Source of the DNA: Dehalococcoidia bacterium
GTDB taxonomy: Bacteria; Chloroflexota; Dehalococcoidia; Lucifugimonadales; UBA3495
DNA length: 64,000 nt
Direction of reading: 5' to 3'
NCBI GenBank assembly: GCA_965226825.1
Contig: CBDDED010000003.1
Span: 2,825,642 to 2,889,641, forward strand
Shown here: positions 22,055-30,968 of the stretch, one piece after another
Layout of the letters: each line of letters starts with the position of its first letter
Position numbering within the stretch: position 1 is the stretch's first letter
Program-made: the position numbers and the translations under genes
The notes under the pieces: generated by a model
Told to the model about the DNA's origin: nothing
The model's input: only the letters and a program-made list of their open reading frames with translations
The model's database searches: none

Positions 22055-23143
22055 TTATCCACACCTGGTGGATAGCCAATCTGCAACCTTGGGCCACAGA
22101 TTTTGATTCGCTTGCCGGCCGGAGAACACCGAAATGTGACCTCCGGGCAGTTGCACATATTCCTTGTCCCGGCTCGAAACCAGGTCCATCAGTCCTTTCG
22201 CTGCCAGGGGCGGAACGATGTTGTCCTGACCAGCGGATACGACCAGGATGGGCTGCTGAATGGCCCCCAGGTCGACGCGGCGGCCGCTTATCTTGAACTG
22301 TTTGCCCACCAACCGGTTGTTGGCGTAATGGTCCTTGCTCAACTGGCTGAAGAACCTGCCGGGCATCCCGATGTAATCGGTGGCCCACTTGTTCATCGCC
22401 TTGTAGCTCGTCACGTATTCCCGTTTATCCATATTGGCCCAGAGCGCCGACATAGCCTAGGCATCCTGGGTGGGCCGCAGCATCTTGAAAGCCGTTCCCA
22501 TAAGGCTGGCCGGGTTTCCCCGGTACCGTTGAACTATCAAGTCCGTGGGAAAGTACTTACCATTCAACCAAGCCTTGAACAAGCCCCCATGGTCGAAATC
22601 GACCGGAGCCACCATGCACACGAAATTCCGCACCGGGGCGTCCGGGTTGAGGGCCAGATAACAGGAAGAAATCGTACCCCCGAGGCAAATGCCGTTCAGG
22701 GTTACTTCGTCGGCGTCCGACAACTCTAAAGCGCGGTTGATGGCCCTGGGAAGGATTTTCTCCACCGCATCTTCGAATCCAAGGTCCTTGTCCTCCTCGG
22801 CAATCTCCCCCCAATCCAGCAGGTAAACGTCGTGGCCCTGGTTGACCATAAACTCCACGTAGCTGTTCCCGGGCAGCATGTCCAAAACGTTGGTGCGGCT
22901 GATGCCCAACCAGGGGACAATGATGTAGGGCATCCTGGACGGCGTTGAATTCTGGGACTCATCCGGGCGGTGATACCGGTACAATCGGGTTTTGCCCCGC
23001 TTCCAAACGACGTCCTTGGGGGTTGTCGCCATGACCGGGTCCGCCGTGTTGACCACAAAGGCGTCAACCATGTTTTTGACCCGATTCATGGTCTTTTGCG
23101 CCTCATCCTGAAAGGCCTGGATAAACTCCGCCGACTCAACCAA
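22055..23143 (-). pseudogene. phaC: PHA synthase PhaC (class III/IV-like) with an in-frame TAG at 22457..22459
   Basis: TPKDVVW, DVYLLDWG, lipase box GICLGG, GQDNIV (Asp), GGHIS (His); both ORF-track halves are in the same frame and separated by one TAG. Confidence 0.85.
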
Positions 23144-23236
23144 AATCGATTCTCCTCATTTGATGGTATAGCGTCAGATGGCATGGGAAGGTGCCTGCAT
23201 ATCTTTGGGGCGTGCGCTCCTTAGTCAGCCCGCTTC

Positions 23237-23665
23237 TTAATCAGGGGATTTGGTTGTTGACTCAGACTCGCCGGCGTCCTCGACGTCCGGGGGTTTGGTT
23301 CCGACAGCCTCAGCGTAAAGATCGAAGAAGCCGTTGATCATTCTTTGGTAGCCGGCCACGACGTCCGCCCAACCGCGCAACATCTCCTCTCCGGCCTCGG
23401 TCAGGCTGTAGATCCTCTTGGCCGGGCCGCTGCCGTCGGTCTGCCACTCCGAGGAGACAAACCCCCCTTTTTCCAAGTTGCGCAGCTCCTTATACAGGGT
23501 TGCGTGGTCAACACAGAAGAACCCCATGTTTCTGACATACTGCAAAAGGAGGTACCCGTGCAAATGCCACTGCTTCAGCAGGAGCAGTATCCAGGGGGTC
23601 AGAAAATTTTTGGGCATCCGACCGCCGGCAACGCCACGATCAGATGCTGGCTCACTCTGTTGCAT
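23237..23665 (-). CDS. phaQ: PadR-family repressor, PhaQ-like
   Basis: MPKNFLTPWILLLLKQWHLHGY...LYKELRNLEKGGFVSSEW...GPAKRIYSLTEAG resembles Bacillus PhaQ; lies upstream of phaC. Confidence 0.78.
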   Translation of the reverse strand: MQQSEPASDRGVAGGRMPKNFLTPWILLLLKQWHLHGYLLLQYVRNMGFFCVDHATLYKELRNLEKGGFVSSEWQTDGSGPAKRIYSLTEAGEEMLRGWADVVAGYQRMINGFFDLYAEAVGTKPPDVEDAGESESTTKSPD

Positions 23666-23666
23666 A

Positions 23667-23685
23667 TATGTGCTTATATCACATA
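23667..23685. promoter_or_regulatory. Putative PadR/PhaQ operator
   Basis: TATGTG-N7-CACATA palindrome (ATGT-N9-ACAT) at the phaQ start. Confidence 0.45.
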
Positions 23686-23750
23686 CATGGTGGTTTGTCA
23701 TCCCCAGTATCGCAACAGGGCCATCGCAAGCGAGGATTGGGCAATTGTTT

Positions 23751-24071
23751 TCATCCTTGCCAGAAGGCGGGAGCGGGATAGCGCCGGGACCAGGGGACGA
23801 GGCAGCGAAGGAGGTCTTCGCGGTCGGGGAGGATGGTTTTCCCCCGGCACCTCTCGAGGTATTTGTGGACCGCCATGAAGCATGGGAGCCGGAAGCCGGC
23901 GGAGGCCACCCGTTGGATAAAGGCATGGGGCTGGGGCGCCGGTTGGCCGCTGGCGCGGACCGCCGACGATTGGAGGCAGAACTCCCCGGCCAACCGGCGG
24001 AGCCGGAAGCCGGCGAGTTCCTGGGCCAGGGTTCGTTGGAGGGCACGGACGCGGGCTCTGAGAGCAGCCAT
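23751..24071 (-). CDS. Hypothetical protein
   Basis: 106-aa ORF with AAGGTGA RBS, following the HTH gene on the same strand. Confidence 0.5.
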   Translation of the reverse strand: MAALRARVRALQRTLAQELAGFRLRRLAGEFCLQSSAVRASGQPAPQPHAFIQRVASAGFRLPCFMAVHKYLERCRGKTILPDREDLLRCLVPWSRRYPAPAFWQG

Positions 24072-24131
24072 AAAGCATTCACCTTATTTTCTTGATGGAT
24101 TATTGGGCATTGGAGAGTGCAACGGCGTCTT

Positions 24132-24644
24132 CTACTTGTCGGGGTGTTGGGCGTTGCAGAGTGCAACGGCGTCTTCGAGGTCCTGGATATCCTTTTTGAG
24201 TTTCTCGGTCTCGCTAACCCGGACTGCGAAAGACATAGCGTAGCGGGCGGCGCGCAGGCGGATAGCTTTATCGGGGTCGTCCATGGCTTGGGACAGGACG
24301 GAGACACTACGGAGCATGAGTCCCTGGAGTTCCAGGCGAGCGAGTTCGGCGGACTCCTGGCGGAGGCGGGTCAGTTCGCCGCGGAAGTCATCGTCATCAA
24401 GCCAGCGGCGCAGAGTTCTCTCGGAGAATCCGGATATGCGGGCGGCCTGAGCCAATGACGGGGCGGACGCCATGACGGGCAAGACGGCCTGTTGGCGGTG
24501 GGAAAGGTTGGGATTTTCAATCCGCCGGACATTTCCGGACAATTCCGGACATTCTGCCTTGGTGCCGGGTTCGGTAACGGACTCGGGGGATGACGGGTTG
24601 CCAGTGGGATGGGGTCGTTGGGGGTTGGCACGATTTCTGGACAT
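24132..24644 (-). CDS. HTH protein resembling phage terminase small subunit / phBC6A51-like HTH
   Basis: LSHRQQAVL...SLAQAARISGFSERTLRRWLDDDDF followed by helical RLRAAR segment. Confidence 0.6.
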   Translation of the reverse strand: MSRNRANPQRPHPTGNPSSPESVTEPGTKAECPELSGNVRRIENPNLSHRQQAVLPVMASAPSLAQAARISGFSERTLRRWLDDDDFRGELTRLRQESAELARLELQGLMLRSVSVLSQAMDDPDKAIRLRAARYAMSFAVRVSETEKLKKDIQDLEDAVALCNAQHPDK

Positions 24645-25013
24645 TAAGCGCCATGTTGCCTCAGTGGCATAGTTAAATTTTGTTCGCGTCTTCGGGCAAG
24701 CTCCGGGCGACAAGCTTCGGGATGGACGGCGGGAGGTTGCACCGGACAGATGTCATGGTAGAGATGTGTTTCGCGGGTTGGGAAGCGGCAAGTGTCAGCA
24801 GGGGGCGGAGGGAACGTTCGCATCTTAATCGGGGTTTACATTAGCAGTGGCTGCAATGCCGCGTTTCTGGTGCTCGTCAACTCATGAACTGGCGAGGACT
24901 CGCGTTAGGAGGATGGGGTCAAGGAACAAGATGCGATTGCCCCTACGGGTGGTCCAATTGGTAACGCCTACGGGCCAAGCTGTCGTATCTTCGTTGCCAT
25001 AACCGCGTTGGCG

Positions 25014-25410
25014 CATCGAAAGGGCTCTGGATTCCCACTGCGGTGAGAATGACGGGGGGAGGTCAAGACACGCGGGGTGGTCAGGACGACGTTGTACCTG
25101 GAGTGGTTCTTCAGTCCCGGATCAGGTTGGCTCATCGAAAGGGCTCTGGATTCCCACTGCGGTGGAAATGACGGGGGGGAAAGACACGTCGGTTGGTCAG
25201 GACGACGTCCTACCTGGAGCGGTTCTTCAGTCCCGGATCAGGTTGGCTCATCGAAAGGGCTCTGGATTCCCACTGCGGTGAGAATGACGGGGGAGGTCAA
25301 GACACGCGGGGTGGTCAGGACGACGTTGTACCTGGAGCGTTTCTTCAGGCCCGCAGCAGGTTGGATGGGAGAATGGGCTCTGGATCCCCGCTGCGGCGAG
25401 GATGACGGGG
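25014..25410. repeat. Tandem array of about 3.3 copies of a ~118-bp REP-derived unit
   Basis: GGGCTCTGGAT recurs at 25022, 25141, 25257, 25376 with near-identical intervening sequence. Confidence 0.85.
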
Positions 25411-25539
25411 CGTGGGGGGCACAACGATTTGGGGCGATTGACAAACCCTGGTGGTAAAAGCCTTGGTGGTAAAGAAACTGGATTATGAAAACGTCAAGGG
25501 CCGTAAACGCCGGTGGGCCGGGTGGCCGGGTGGCCGGTG

Positions 25540-26799
25540 CTACCCTCCGGGGCCGTCGGGTCCTGCGAAGTCGGGGCCGTCCCCGGCATCGCCGCCCTGT
25601 ACATCCGGATTGGGAAATACGTGGGTTGCCGGACGGGCTGGTCGCCCCCGGCGCCGCTTGATTCGCGACGCGGAGCGGGCAGATTTAGACAGCCTGTTTT
25701 GCTGGAGCACGGTTTCCGGATTCAGCCCGTCGGGGAATTGCAGGGTGCGCACCGGGTAGTTAATCACGATCCCTTCCTGCCGCAGGCGCTGGTGCAGATT
25801 CTTCATCAGGGCGCTCTGAATTTCGAAGCTGGCCAGACGGTTTCTCGCCTGGACAAAAAGCCAGAAGTTTACGTTGGAGTCGCCGAAACTCTCGAACCCG
25901 AACCACCCGCCGTACTCTTTCACGGCCTGGGGTTCTGTATCCAACATCTCATCCATAACCTCCCGGCAAACCCTCTCCACCACGAACAAGTCGCTGTCGT
26001 AGCTGACGCCGCAGGTCAGATAGACGTTCACCGCCGGCACGGGACGTTGGTAGTTGGTGATGATGGTTTCGGCGAAAGTGGAATTCGGCACGACCACCAG
26101 GTTGTTTCCCCAGGTCCGCAGCCGGGTGCTGCGCCAACTCACGTCCATCACGTACCCGCTTATGCCATTTGCCAGTTCAATATAGTCCCCGGAGGCAATC
26201 ACGCCTTCGGTCATCACGTAGGACCCGGCAAACAGGTTCGCCAGGGTTGGCTGCAAGGCCAGGGCTACTGCCAGGCCGCCGAGTCCCAGACCGGCAATCA
26301 ACGGGCTGATATTGATGGACAGGAGGTCCAGAATCAGCAACCCGCCCAGGCCGTAAATCACCACGGCGCCGGCCCGGCGGAGCATTGGCAATACACGGGT
26401 GTCAATCCCAGGCCCGGCCTTTCCGGCCAGGTTCTCCAGGTACCAGTCCAGTCCGTTGGAAACGACTGCGGACACGGCCACTATCCCCAACGCTATCCCT
26501 ACGGTGGCAAACCCCTTGTCGGCGGCGTCCTGGAAAGCCGTCCCAAGTTCCAGCGGCAACCGTAGGGCCAGGTAGCCGCCCAACACCACCACTCCCAACG
26601 TAACGGGCCAATGGACGGCATTGATCAGCTTTGAGTCCAGGTCTGTGGGGACTCGGTTCGCCAAACGTAGCGACAGGGGGAACAGGGCCTTATGGGTGAT
26701 CAGGGTCAGCAGCAGGAAAACAAGGAAAATCGCCCCTGCGGTGGCCGGGCCCACCCAGGCATGGTCTCCCAGGCGGAGGCCGAACATGTCTGGAAACAC
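25540..26799 (-). CDS. MscS family mechanosensitive channel
   Basis: LIAGLGLGGLAVALALQPTLANLFAG, GDYIEL, WRSTRLRT, VPNS, GVSYDSD. Confidence 0.93.
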   Translation of the reverse strand: MFPDMFGLRLGDHAWVGPATAGAIFLVFLLLTLITHKALFPLSLRLANRVPTDLDSKLINAVHWPVTLGVVVLGGYLALRLPLELGTAFQDAADKGFATVGIALGIVAVSAVVSNGLDWYLENLAGKAGPGIDTRVLPMLRRAGAVVIYGLGGLLILDLLSINISPLIAGLGLGGLAVALALQPTLANLFAGSYVMTEGVIASGDYIELANGISGYVMDVSWRSTRLRTWGNNLVVVPNSTFAETIITNYQRPVPAVNVYLTCGVSYDSDLFVVERVCREVMDEMLDTEPQAVKEYGGWFGFESFGDSNVNFWLFVQARNRLASFEIQSALMKNLHQRLRQEGIVINYPVRTLQFPDGLNPETVLQQNRLSKSARSASRIKRRRGRPARPATHVFPNPDVQGGDAGDGPDFAGPDGPGG

Positions 26800-26980
26800 G
26801 GGGTGCAGTTACTCCAGATCGCCGAGGTCGATAGGAGAGTGCCCGGGGATACCCGCGAGCGCTTGACGAAATTATATCACCTACTTCCGACCACACCGCT
26901 GGACGCAGGATGGTTCTGGTCTGTGCTAGCCTCGCTCTTCATAAACATTTTCTGGATTTCCGCAGCGGGAATGACGGGAG

Positions 26981-27229
26981 CAGGGCCTTTCAATTGTCCC
27001 CCGTCATTCTCGCCGCAGTGGGAATCCAGAGCCCTGATCATGCGCCGAGACGGTTATGCCAACTAAGACGCGCCGGGTGGACAGGTAGACGTCCCTCCTG
27101 GACCATTCCTGCAGACCCGCATCAAGTTGGATGGGAGAAAGGGCTCTGGATTCCCGCTGCGGCGAGAATGACGGGGGCACTGGATTACCCATGCGCGATG
27201 GATATCAGTAGACAGCTGAAAAGACCCTG
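26981..27229. mobile_element. MITE family B copy with REP-pair cassette
   Basis: CAGGGCCTTTCAATTGTC...GACAGCTGAAAAGACCCTG; flanks AATGACGGGAG/GATGACGTGAG. Confidence 0.75.
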
Positions 27230-27330
27230 GATGACGTGAGAGACGCCGTTGACCCTTGTATCGGCCCGTGATAAGCTCGCTGCGATTCGTTACGCGCGCC
27301 CAGAATTTAGCATATTTCTATATATTTCAG

Positions 27331-27990
27331 TTGGTAAAATCACCTGTAGAAGACGCCAAATGGCTCTCGTTGGGAGAGGCCTGCCGAGTGCTGGAAGTCA
27401 ACGAAGCCACCCTCCGTCAATGGGCCGATAACGGTTACCTGCGGATATACCGGACTCCCGGGGGCCACCGCCGCTTCTGGAGCGGCGACGTAACGGCCCT
27501 GACCGCAGCACCGGCGTCGGCTGTCGGTTCCCACAGCGGCGTTACGGGCGACGTCACAATGGAGGGCCCAGCGCTTCGACGCATTCGCCGCCGGTTGCAC
27601 CAGCAAAAAGTTGCCCGCCAGCCATGGTTTCAAAGCATCGAGGAAGAAGGCCGCGACCGGATGCGGCTGTTCGGCCGGCGTCTCCTTTCTCTTCTGGCCC
27701 AGGAACCCCTGCGGCGGCGCAAGCGTCCCGGAGCGTTCGCCGAGTCCAACTCGCTGGGCCGCGAGTACGGCGCAGCGATGGCCGACCGGGGAGTTCCCCT
27801 CGTGGACACCCTGGAGGCGTTTGTATTTTTCCGTTCAATGGTGCTAGAATCCGCCGACTCCCAGCACTGGGGCCGCATCTTGGAGCTAGCCGACCGGGTG
27901 CTGGTTGGCGTCGCCGAGTCTTACCAGAACCGGAGTGCGAACCAGGGCGAAAACCGGAGCGAGAACCGTAACGAATTCCAGAGCGCCTGA
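27331..27990 (+). CDS. Excisionase/MerR-type HTH regulator with a helical C-terminal domain (start uncertain)
   Basis: WLSLGEACRVLEVNEATLRQWADNG...RTPGGHRRF HTH; C-terminal LGREYG...LVDTLEAFVFFR. Confidence 0.8.
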   Translation: MVKSPVEDAKWLSLGEACRVLEVNEATLRQWADNGYLRIYRTPGGHRRFWSGDVTALTAAPASAVGSHSGVTGDVTMEGPALRRIRRRLHQQKVARQPWFQSIEEEGRDRMRLFGRRLLSLLAQEPLRRRKRPGAFAESNSLGREYGAAMADRGVPLVDTLEAFVFFRSMVLESADSQHWGRILELADRVLVGVAESYQNRSANQGENRSENRNEFQSA

Positions 27991-28081
27991 TCAATTCCAG
28001 GTCACCGGCCCGGGTCATTGGCCCCCGATCTTGCCAGGACAATCTCCGACCGTACAATCTCCGAAAGGAGCCTCAAAGCTT

Positions 28082-29131
28082 ATGGACATCACCGACCGGA
28101 AACTGCTGAACATCATCCAAGGGCCTTTCCCCCTGGTCGAACAACCATACCTGGAAATTGGCCGGGAGTTGGAGATCAGCGAGGATGAAGTCCTCGAGCG
28201 CCTGGCTAAACTGAAGCAGCAAAACGTGCTGCGGCAGATCAGCTCGATCTTCGACACCCGCCGGCTGGGCTACAAGACTACGCTGGTTGCCATGGCGTTT
28301 GATCCCAAGGCTCTCCACAAGGGCGCTCTTGAAATCAACAAGCATCCGGGGGTCAGCCACAACTACGCCCGGGAGGGTTCCTACTACAACTTGTGGTTCA
28401 CCCTGGCCGTCCCGCCCGACCACGACTTGGAAACGACGGTCCAGGTAATGGCCCAAAAAACCAACGCCCAGAACGTACGCATTATGCCCACGATCCGGTT
28501 CTTCAAAATCGGCGTCAACTTCGACATGGTCAAGCAGAAGGGTTCGTCGTTCAACTACAGTCCCGACGGTTACGACAAGGAAGCCGCCCAAAGCTGGAAC
28601 CAGGCGCAGACGGTCACCGAAGAAGAGAAAGAGATTATCCGGGCCATGCAAGAGGATCTGCCTCTCGTGTCCAGGCCCTTCGACCCCATCGCAGACAAGC
28701 TGGGTATGACCACGGCCCAGCTTTTCCAGCAGGCCGCAGACTTCCAGGAGCGGCGGTTGATGCGCCGCTACAGCGCCGTGCTGCACCACCGGCGCTCCGG
28801 GTTCCGAGCCAACGCAATGATCGTCTGGAAAGTGCCGACCGAACGGTCCGAAGAAGTGGGCATGACCATGGCGCAGCACACCGCAGTGACCCATTGTTAT
28901 GAACGCCCCACCTTCCCGGACTGGCCGTATACCCACTTCACGATGGTCCATGCCACCAATGCCGAAGGATGCGAGGAGATCGAGAAGGAAATCGCCGCCG
29001 CAACCGGCATCGAGGACCGCCTGCTCCTCTACAGCACCCGGGAATATAAAAAGACCAGGGTCCGCTATTTTGTCGACGACTACGAAAAATACCGGTCGCT
29101 GGAAACCGCCTCGACCGGGGCGGCTGGCTAA
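28082..29131 (+). CDS. ahbAB: Siroheme decarboxylase, fused AhbA/AhbB (NirDL/GH-like)
   Basis: Two Lrp/AsnC-like repeats: GVSHNYAR...NLWFT and VTHCYERP...WPYTHFTMVH. Confidence 0.88.
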   Translation: MDITDRKLLNIIQGPFPLVEQPYLEIGRELEISEDEVLERLAKLKQQNVLRQISSIFDTRRLGYKTTLVAMAFDPKALHKGALEINKHPGVSHNYAREGSYYNLWFTLAVPPDHDLETTVQVMAQKTNAQNVRIMPTIRFFKIGVNFDMVKQKGSSFNYSPDGYDKEAAQSWNQAQTVTEEEKEIIRAMQEDLPLVSRPFDPIADKLGMTTAQLFQQAADFQERRLMRRYSAVLHHRRSGFRANAMIVWKVPTERSEEVGMTMAQHTAVTHCYERPTFPDWPYTHFTMVHATNAEGCEEIEKEIAAATGIEDRLLLYSTREYKKTRVRYFVDDYEKYRSLETASTGAAG

Positions 29132-29164
29132 CACCGCCTACTGCCCCGCCCTCGCGAGCATGTA

Positions 29165-29896
29165 ATGCCGAAATACTATCCCGTGTACTTGAAACTCGCC
29201 GGCCGCCGGTGCGTGGTCATTGGCGGGGGCGCCGTTGCTGAAGGCAAACTCTCCAAACTGCTCGAATCCGGGGCCCGCGTCACGGTGGTAAGCCCCCGGG
29301 TGACTCCGGTCATCAACGACCTCGCCCTCACCGGGACCATACAATGGACCCCCCGCGTTTACCAGGACGGGGACCTGGAAGGCGCTCACCTGGCAATTGC
29401 CGCCACCGATGACCGGCAGGTGAACCAGCAAATCGCCCACGAGGCCGAACTGCGGGGCGTCATCCTCAACGTGGTGGATGACCCCGACCTCTGCGGCTTC
29501 ATCGCCCCTTCGGTGGTGGAGCGCGGTCCGGTGACTCTGGCCATCTCCACGGGCGGCGCCAGCCCGGCCCTGGCTCGCAAGCTGCGGGAGGCCCTTACCG
29601 ATACACCCGCCATGGAATGGGCCGATCTGGCCCCGGTGCTATCGCGGGCGCGCAAGGAATTGAAACACCGGGGCGCAACGGTGGACGCCCAGCGGTGGCG
29701 TTGCTGCTTGACGCAATCACTGTTGCGCATGACCCAGGCGGGCAGGGAAGAGAAGGCGTTCGAGACACTCCTCTCCGGCCTCCTGGACCAGACCACTCCG
29801 TCGCTCTGTCCGGACCGGGCACGATGCCAACCACAGCAGTGCGCGGCCGCCGCTTCGGACTCCGTGGCTCAACCTGCAGGCACGCAATTGGGCTGA
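29165..29896 (+). CDS. Precorrin-2 dehydrogenase/sirohydrochlorin ferrochelatase (CysG N-domain/Met8/SirC)
   Basis: VIGGGAVA, IAATDD, NVVDDPDLCGF, ISTGGASPALA. Confidence 0.9.
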   Translation: MPKYYPVYLKLAGRRCVVIGGGAVAEGKLSKLLESGARVTVVSPRVTPVINDLALTGTIQWTPRVYQDGDLEGAHLAIAATDDRQVNQQIAHEAELRGVILNVVDDPDLCGFIAPSVVERGPVTLAISTGGASPALARKLREALTDTPAMEWADLAPVLSRARKELKHRGATVDAQRWRCCLTQSLLRMTQAGREEKAFETLLSGLLDQTTPSLCPDRARCQPQQCAAAASDSVAQPAGTQLG

Positions 29897-29975
29897 CTAT
29901 GGGCATTTTGGACGAAACCCCCGCTCGAAATTGTCCGGCAACGCTCAACATCCATAGGATGATTTGGACTGACCG

Positions 29976-30908
29976 TTGATCAAGAATCGAATCATCAGAG
30001 TCGGCAGCCGGGCCAGCGCGTTGGCGTTGCGGCAGACGGAAGAGGCGTTGGCGCCGCTTCGCCTTGCCCATCCCGACCTGGAATTCCAGGTGGTCACGGT
30101 CCGCACCGGCGGTGACGCCAACCAGACCGCGTCGCTGGCCGACCTGGGCTCCAACATCGGCCAGGGGGTCTTCGTCAAAGAAATCGAGCTGGATCTACTG
30201 GCAGGCAACCTGGACCTGGCGGTCCACAGTCTTAAAGACCTGCCCACGGTTCAGCCAGATGGATTGACCCTGGGGGCAATCATGAAACGCCAGGACCCCA
30301 GGGACGTCCTGGTCAACCGGTGGAATTGTTCCTTGGACCAGCTACCGCAGGGCGCGCGTATCGGCACCAGCAGCCCCAGGCGAAGGGCCCAGTTGATGGA
30401 CCTGTGTCCCCAGTCCGAGGTGCTGTCGATGCGCGGCAGCGTTGCCACCCGCCTGGAAAAAGCAAAAAGCGACGAATATGACGGCGCGGTTTTAGCCGCC
30501 GCCGGCTTGATTCGCCTGGAACAAACCGGAGCTATCGCCGAGTTCCTTTCCCCCCAGGAGTTCGTGCCCCCGCCCGGTCAGGGGGCCCTGGCCGTGCAAA
30601 TCCGCGACGGCGACCTGGACACGCAAGACCTGGTGAGGCCGCTGGAAGATACCGAGACCAGGTATGCCATCACCGCCGAGCGGGCCTTCCTGGAGAAGTT
30701 GGGTGGCGGCTGCACCCTGCCGGTGGGGGCTTACGCCCGGTCCACCGGCGTAAATCTGTTCCTGACCATCTTCCTCTCGTCCGCCGACGGTACCAAGTGT
30801 TTCCGGGCAAAGATTCAGGGTCTGCCCAAAGACCCCCTGCAACTGGCGGGAGACGCCTACATGGCCTTACTGGAGCGGGGCGGCCGGTCGCTGCTGGCGT
30901 CAGGGTAA
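29976..30908 (+). CDS. hemC: Hydroxymethylbilane synthase
   Basis: GSRASALALRQ, GVFVKE, AVHSLKD, GTSSPRR, GQGALA, LGGGC. Confidence 0.95.
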   Translation: MIKNRIIRVGSRASALALRQTEEALAPLRLAHPDLEFQVVTVRTGGDANQTASLADLGSNIGQGVFVKEIELDLLAGNLDLAVHSLKDLPTVQPDGLTLGAIMKRQDPRDVLVNRWNCSLDQLPQGARIGTSSPRRRAQLMDLCPQSEVLSMRGSVATRLEKAKSDEYDGAVLAAAGLIRLEQTGAIAEFLSPQEFVPPPGQGALAVQIRDGDLDTQDLVRPLEDTETRYAITAERAFLEKLGGGCTLPVGAYARSTGVNLFLTIFLSSADGTKCFRAKIQGLPKDPLQLAGDAYMALLERGGRSLLASG

Positions 30909-30968
30909 GAAACACTTCGGTCGAGAATCCAGTCCCCCCATATAGTGCAACAGGTTCCAAAGCAGAAC

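Noticed and set aside
22457..22459. Pyrrolysine or stop-codon reassignment
   Set aside because: TAG terminates many ordinary genes here and no pyl genes are visible; nonsense mutation or error is simpler
23237..24307. 356-aa ORF as one protein
   Set aside because: Only the last ~143 aa are PadR-like; the upstream part overlaps two better ORFs in other frames
25014..25410. Possible CRISPR array (palindromic ~30-bp repeat with regular spacing)
   Set aside because: Intervening segments are ~85-90 bp and homologous to each other; the repeat is the dispersed REP-like palindrome
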